A program made the translations under genes and the position numbers. Source: Phoronis australis (Eukaryota > Animalia > Phoronida). From it: a stretch of 64,000 bases of DNA. The notes beneath the pieces were generated by a model. That model was not told the DNA's origin, ran no database searches, and saw only the letters and a list, made by a program, of their open reading frames with translations. This document shows positions 63,664 through 64,000 of this stretch, one piece after another; the stretch's first letter is position 1, and each line of letters starts with the position of its first letter. Where the stretch lies: the NCBI GenBank assembly GCA_002633005.1, contig NMRA01000239.1, forward strand, positions 272,288 to 336,287, read 5' to 3'.

Positions 63664-64000
63664 ATGCATCTGCGAACTAAAGGGGACAGGTGGAATTTTA
63701 TTGCACAACTTTAATAATATCTCATCCTACGGGGTTTTTGAGGAAGCGACATCTTGTGGTAAACTTCGCCACCGCTGCCGAGACGAATGCGATGAAATCA
63801 TAGCGGATCTCCTCCAAGGTTCGAATAATTTGCCCTTCATGAGTTTCAATACTCCGAAAAACGAGGCATTTGGGCTCACGTTATGCGAAAACTATCATCG
63901 ACACGTACCTTCTAGTGCGCATGTATCATCACAAACAATGTCGAATTTGTCCATGCACTCGTTTTCCACGCTGAAGAATTGTGAACAGCCCGGACAAGAG
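63664..64000 (+). CDS. Probable coding exon of an uncharacterised Cys-rich protein (3'-truncated by the window)
   Basis: A strong acceptor (ttttttttattttcag) is followed by 112 stop-free codons: CICELKGTGG...SCGKLRHRCRDECDEII...GLTLCENY...KNCEQPGQE. Upstream exons are unresolved. Confidence 0.55.

Overview
This is AT-rich, intron-rich DNA from an invertebrate animal; a marine lophotrochozoan such as a mollusc is my guess from the repeat types, not a demonstrated fact. Four spliced genes were reconstructed by hand from splice sites and reading phase. (1) The 3' part (12 exons, ~772 aa) of a mosaic type-I membrane receptor on +: FN2 x3, partial YWTD-like propeller, EGF, Ser/Thr stalk, HYR, sushi, spacer, ephrin-receptor-like repeat, TM and two NPxY motifs. 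(2) UBE2L3 on -. (3) SIRT5 on +. (4) IMPACT on -, with one exon duplicated across a single N, probably a haplotype artefact. A Cys-rich coding exon runs off the right end. Introns and intergenic DNA hold many non-autonomous DNA transposons (MULE-type foldbacks, hAT-like elements with 5/6/8-bp TSDs, Harbinger, Merlin-like, Helentron-type) and tRNA-derived SINE heads. The two least explained signals are a ~2.4-kb hairpin-dense region divergent from the IMPACT start (candidate structured lncRNA) and the apparent insertion of FN2 modules into an LDLR-type beta-propeller. Most short ORFs in the supplied track are spurious. No folding or database searches were run.
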